Shown: one piece after another, positions 62,041-64,000 of the stretch
Numbering within the stretch: position 1 is the first letter of the stretch
Layout of the letters: each line of letters opens with the position of its first letter
NCBI GenBank assembly: GCA_002722515.1
Contig: PBMH01000019.1
Coordinates: 25,523-89,522 of the forward strand
Source of the DNA: Alphaproteobacteria bacterium
GTDB lineage: Bacteria; Pseudomonadota; Alphaproteobacteria; UBA6615
DNA length: 64,000 bases
Direction: 5' to 3'
Notes under the pieces: generated by a model
Database searches by the model: none
What the model saw: the letters and a program-made list of their open reading frames with translations, nothing else
Told to the model about the DNA's origin: nothing
Position numbers and translations under genes: made by a program

Positions 62041-63054
62041 TCACCTATCAGCAGATTCGGGTGAACTGATGACGGGATCGCCGACGGCCGCGCGTGCCTC
62101 TACCGCCTCTGGGGTAAAATGGTAGCTCTCGCTGCAGAACTCGCAAGTCACCTCAAGATTACCGTCGACCGCTAGGTCGCGGAGATCCTCACGGGGTAAT
62201 TGTACCAAGACATTGAACACCCGATCCGAGGAACAGCGACAGCGGTGCGCAACGGAGCGCGGGTCGGTCGCTCGCACGCCCTCCTCGTGGAACAAGCGAA
62301 AGAGATAACGCTTTGCACCCAGCGCTGGATCGAGCAGCTCAGCCATGGTCCCGGTAGCCATCAGCATCATCACCCGGCGCCAGGTGTCGTCGTCATCATC
62401 CGATGGCAGCTGCCTGTTCGGATCGTCGGCGATGCGCTGTACCATGACCCCCCCGGCCCGCCAAGGGCCGTCCGGGCCCAACCGTCCAGCCGACAAGCTG
62501 ATCGCCGCATCCATCTGCTGGGACTGGCGAAAATAATGCTGAGCGCACTCGGCCAGTGTCTTGCCCGTGATCTCAACCATCCCTTGGTAGCGATCTGTGT
62601 GTGGTCCTTGGTCGACCGTTAGGGCAAAGTAGCCCGACCCTAGCAAGCTTTCAGCCGGGTCATGGCTCGCAAGCGCGTCTTCGGTATAGTTAGCATAGCC
62701 GCGAATCAGATAGCGCTCGGTATCATTTTTGGTCTGTACATCAGCCAACAGCAGAGATACAGGCCCGTCACCTTGGACCTGCAGCGTGAAGATGCCATCG
62801 AATTTCAGCGCCCCGGCCAAGATAACGCTCAGGGCCAGCGCCTCGCCAAGAAGCTCGGCCACCGGTTCGGGGTATTTGTGCCGACGCATTACATCGTCGA
62901 CGGCCTCGCCCAGCTGCGTCAGGCGGCCGCTCAGTTTTGCCTCGCCGCTTTCTCCGGATTCGAGTTGAAATGGCTGGATCAGGTCGTCGACCGGCTGGCC
63001 GGCTCCGTCCCGCTCCGGCAGACCACCATAATCAGTCAAAGGCCGCGTTCCCAT
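62041..63054 (-). CDS. hslO: Hsp33 redox-regulated chaperone
   Basis: Hsp33 core (...LKFDGIFTLQVQGDGPV...) and C-terminal zinc centre CRCS...CEFC. Start approximate; the listed ORF has an implausible N-terminal extension overlapping argF. Confidence 0.8.
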   Translation of the reverse strand: MGTRPLTDYGGLPERDGAGQPVDDLIQPFQLESGESGEAKLSGRLTQLGEAVDDVMRRHKYPEPVAELLGEALALSVILAGALKFDGIFTLQVQGDGPVSLLLADVQTKNDTERYLIRGYANYTEDALASHDPAESLLGSGYFALTVDQGPHTDRYQGMVEITGKTLAECAQHYFRQSQQMDAAISLSAGRLGPDGPWRAGGVMVQRIADDPNRQLPSDDDDDTWRRVMMLMATGTMAELLDPALGAKRYLFRLFHEEGVRATDPRSVAHRCRCSSDRVFNVLVQLPREDLRDLAVDGNLEVTCEFCSESYHFTPEAVEARAAVGDPVISSPESADR

Positions 63055-63952
63055 GCAAGCACCAGAGCAAAATTCCTTTCTGGGCATGAAGCCGGTTTCC
63101 AGCCTCTGTCCAGACCACGGATTGCGGGCCATCCACCACCCCGGTCGTAGCCTCATCGCCGCGATACACCGGCAGGCAGTGCATAAAAACAGCCCCATCG
63201 GCAGCGTGGCCCATCAGTCCCTCGTCCACCCTGTAGGGTGACAGCAGCGCGCGGCGCCGGTCTGCTCCGTTATCGCCCATGGAGACCCAGGTATCCGTGA
63301 CGACACAGTCAGCGCCAGCCACTGCGGCGACGGGGTCGTCGCCGACGGAAACCCTGCCGCCGTTCGCCGCCGCCCAGTCGAGGATGTCCTGCGGCGGCTG
63401 CAAACCAGACGGCGAAGCCACGCGAAACTCGAAGCCGAACTGCACTGCAGCGTGAATCCAGGAGTTCGCGACGTTGTTGCTGTCGCCGCTCCACGCGACA
63501 ATCCGACCGGCGATTGGTCCGACCTTTTCCTCAAAGGTCATGACGTCGGCCATGATCTGGCACGGATGGGAGCGATCGGTCAGCCCGTTGATCACGGGTA
63601 CCGTAGCGGCCTCGACCATCTCCTCCAGTTTCTCTATCGAAGAGGTTCGGAACATGATCACGTCTACATACTCGGAGAGAATACGCGCCGTGTCCGCTAG
63701 AGTCTCGCCGCGCCCAAGCTGCGAGCCGTTCGGCTCCAGGCTAACAACGCCGCCACCCAGGGTCTGCATCGCCACGTCGAATGACACCCGGGTGCGCGTG
63801 CTCGGCTTCTCGAAAACCATGGCGAGCGTATGATTGGCAAGCAAGGGCTTGCGCTCTCCACTCGCCTTTATCCGGGCGCTGACATCGATGATGCGGCGCG
63901 GTGTCGCGGCGTCGATCAGGTCCAGATCGAGAAAATTACGTACCTCATGCAT
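63032..63952 (-). CDS. argF: ornithine carbamoyltransferase
   Basis: STRTRVSF carbamoyl-phosphate motif and HCLP motif. Confidence 0.9.
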   Translation of the reverse strand: MHEVRNFLDLDLIDAATPRRIIDVSARIKASGERKPLLANHTLAMVFEKPSTRTRVSFDVAMQTLGGGVVSLEPNGSQLGRGETLADTARILSEYVDVIMFRTSSIEKLEEMVEAATVPVINGLTDRSHPCQIMADVMTFEEKVGPIAGRIVAWSGDSNNVANSWIHAAVQFGFEFRVASPSGLQPPQDILDWAAANGGRVSVGDDPVAAVAGADCVVTDTWVSMGDNGADRRRALLSPYRVDEGLMGHAADGAVFMHCLPVYRGDEATTGVVDGPQSVVWTEAGNRLHAQKGILLWCLHGNAAFD

Positions 63953-64000
63953 CGGACGAACTTGCCAATGCCTGGCAGGCCTGCTCGATGGCGTCGACGG
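63946..64000 (-). CDS. 3' end of the upstream gene, truncated by the window edge; by conserved synteny possibly acetylornithine aminotransferase
   Basis: An in-frame TGA overlaps the argF start codon; only about 18 codons are visible, so the product is inferred from the argD-argF-hslO arrangement alone. Confidence 0.2.

Noticed and set aside
62041-63198. Full 385-aa hslO ORF including a Cys-rich N-terminal extension (MGLFLCTACRC...)
   Set aside because: The extension overlaps the 3' end of argF by more than 150 nt and lacks Hsp33 homology. The conserved Hsp33 core begins near DDLIQPFQLE, so a downstream start (about 63054) is more plausible.
1-64000. CRISPR arrays, integrases, transposases, toxin-antitoxin pairs or known defence-system genes
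   Set aside because: No regularly spaced direct repeats and no ORFs with recombinase, transposase, nuclease or ATPase defence-type motifs were recognised anywhere in the window.

Overview
This is a gene-dense chromosomal window from a high-GC Gram-negative bacterium. The synteny (msbA-kdtA-lpxK, ribF-ileS-lspA, argF-hslO) suggests an alphaproteobacterium. Most of the window is core housekeeping: gshA, rsmE, ubiA/ubiD, pmbA, LPS genes, xseA, purD, tadA, mutL, pgi, M16 peptidase pair, lspA, ileS, ribF, pyrD, folE, trkH, argE/argF, hslO, and one tRNA-Gly(CCC). I found no CRISPR array, integrase, transposase or recognisable defence system. The most unusual content is (i) a two-gene ergothioneine locus (egtB-egtD) in which egtB carries a single in-frame TAG at a conserved Gln codon, and (ii) a roughly 17-kb block of mostly minus-strand metabolic enzyme genes (about 40.2-57.2 kb) with no obvious core housekeeping genes, ending at the tRNA-Gly gene and containing AT-rich intergenic spacers. 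That block includes a UPF0261/Tm-1-like gene coupled to an FrdA-like flavoprotein, a CitE-like lyase, two amidase-family and Ldh_2 enzymes, an M24 hydrolase, and a truncated PEP-synthase-like kinase with a histidine-rich metal-binding-like insert. All functional calls rest on motif recognition in the translated ORFs; no database searches were run. Gene boundaries were refined by looking for RBS-like sequence and overlapping start/stop codons.
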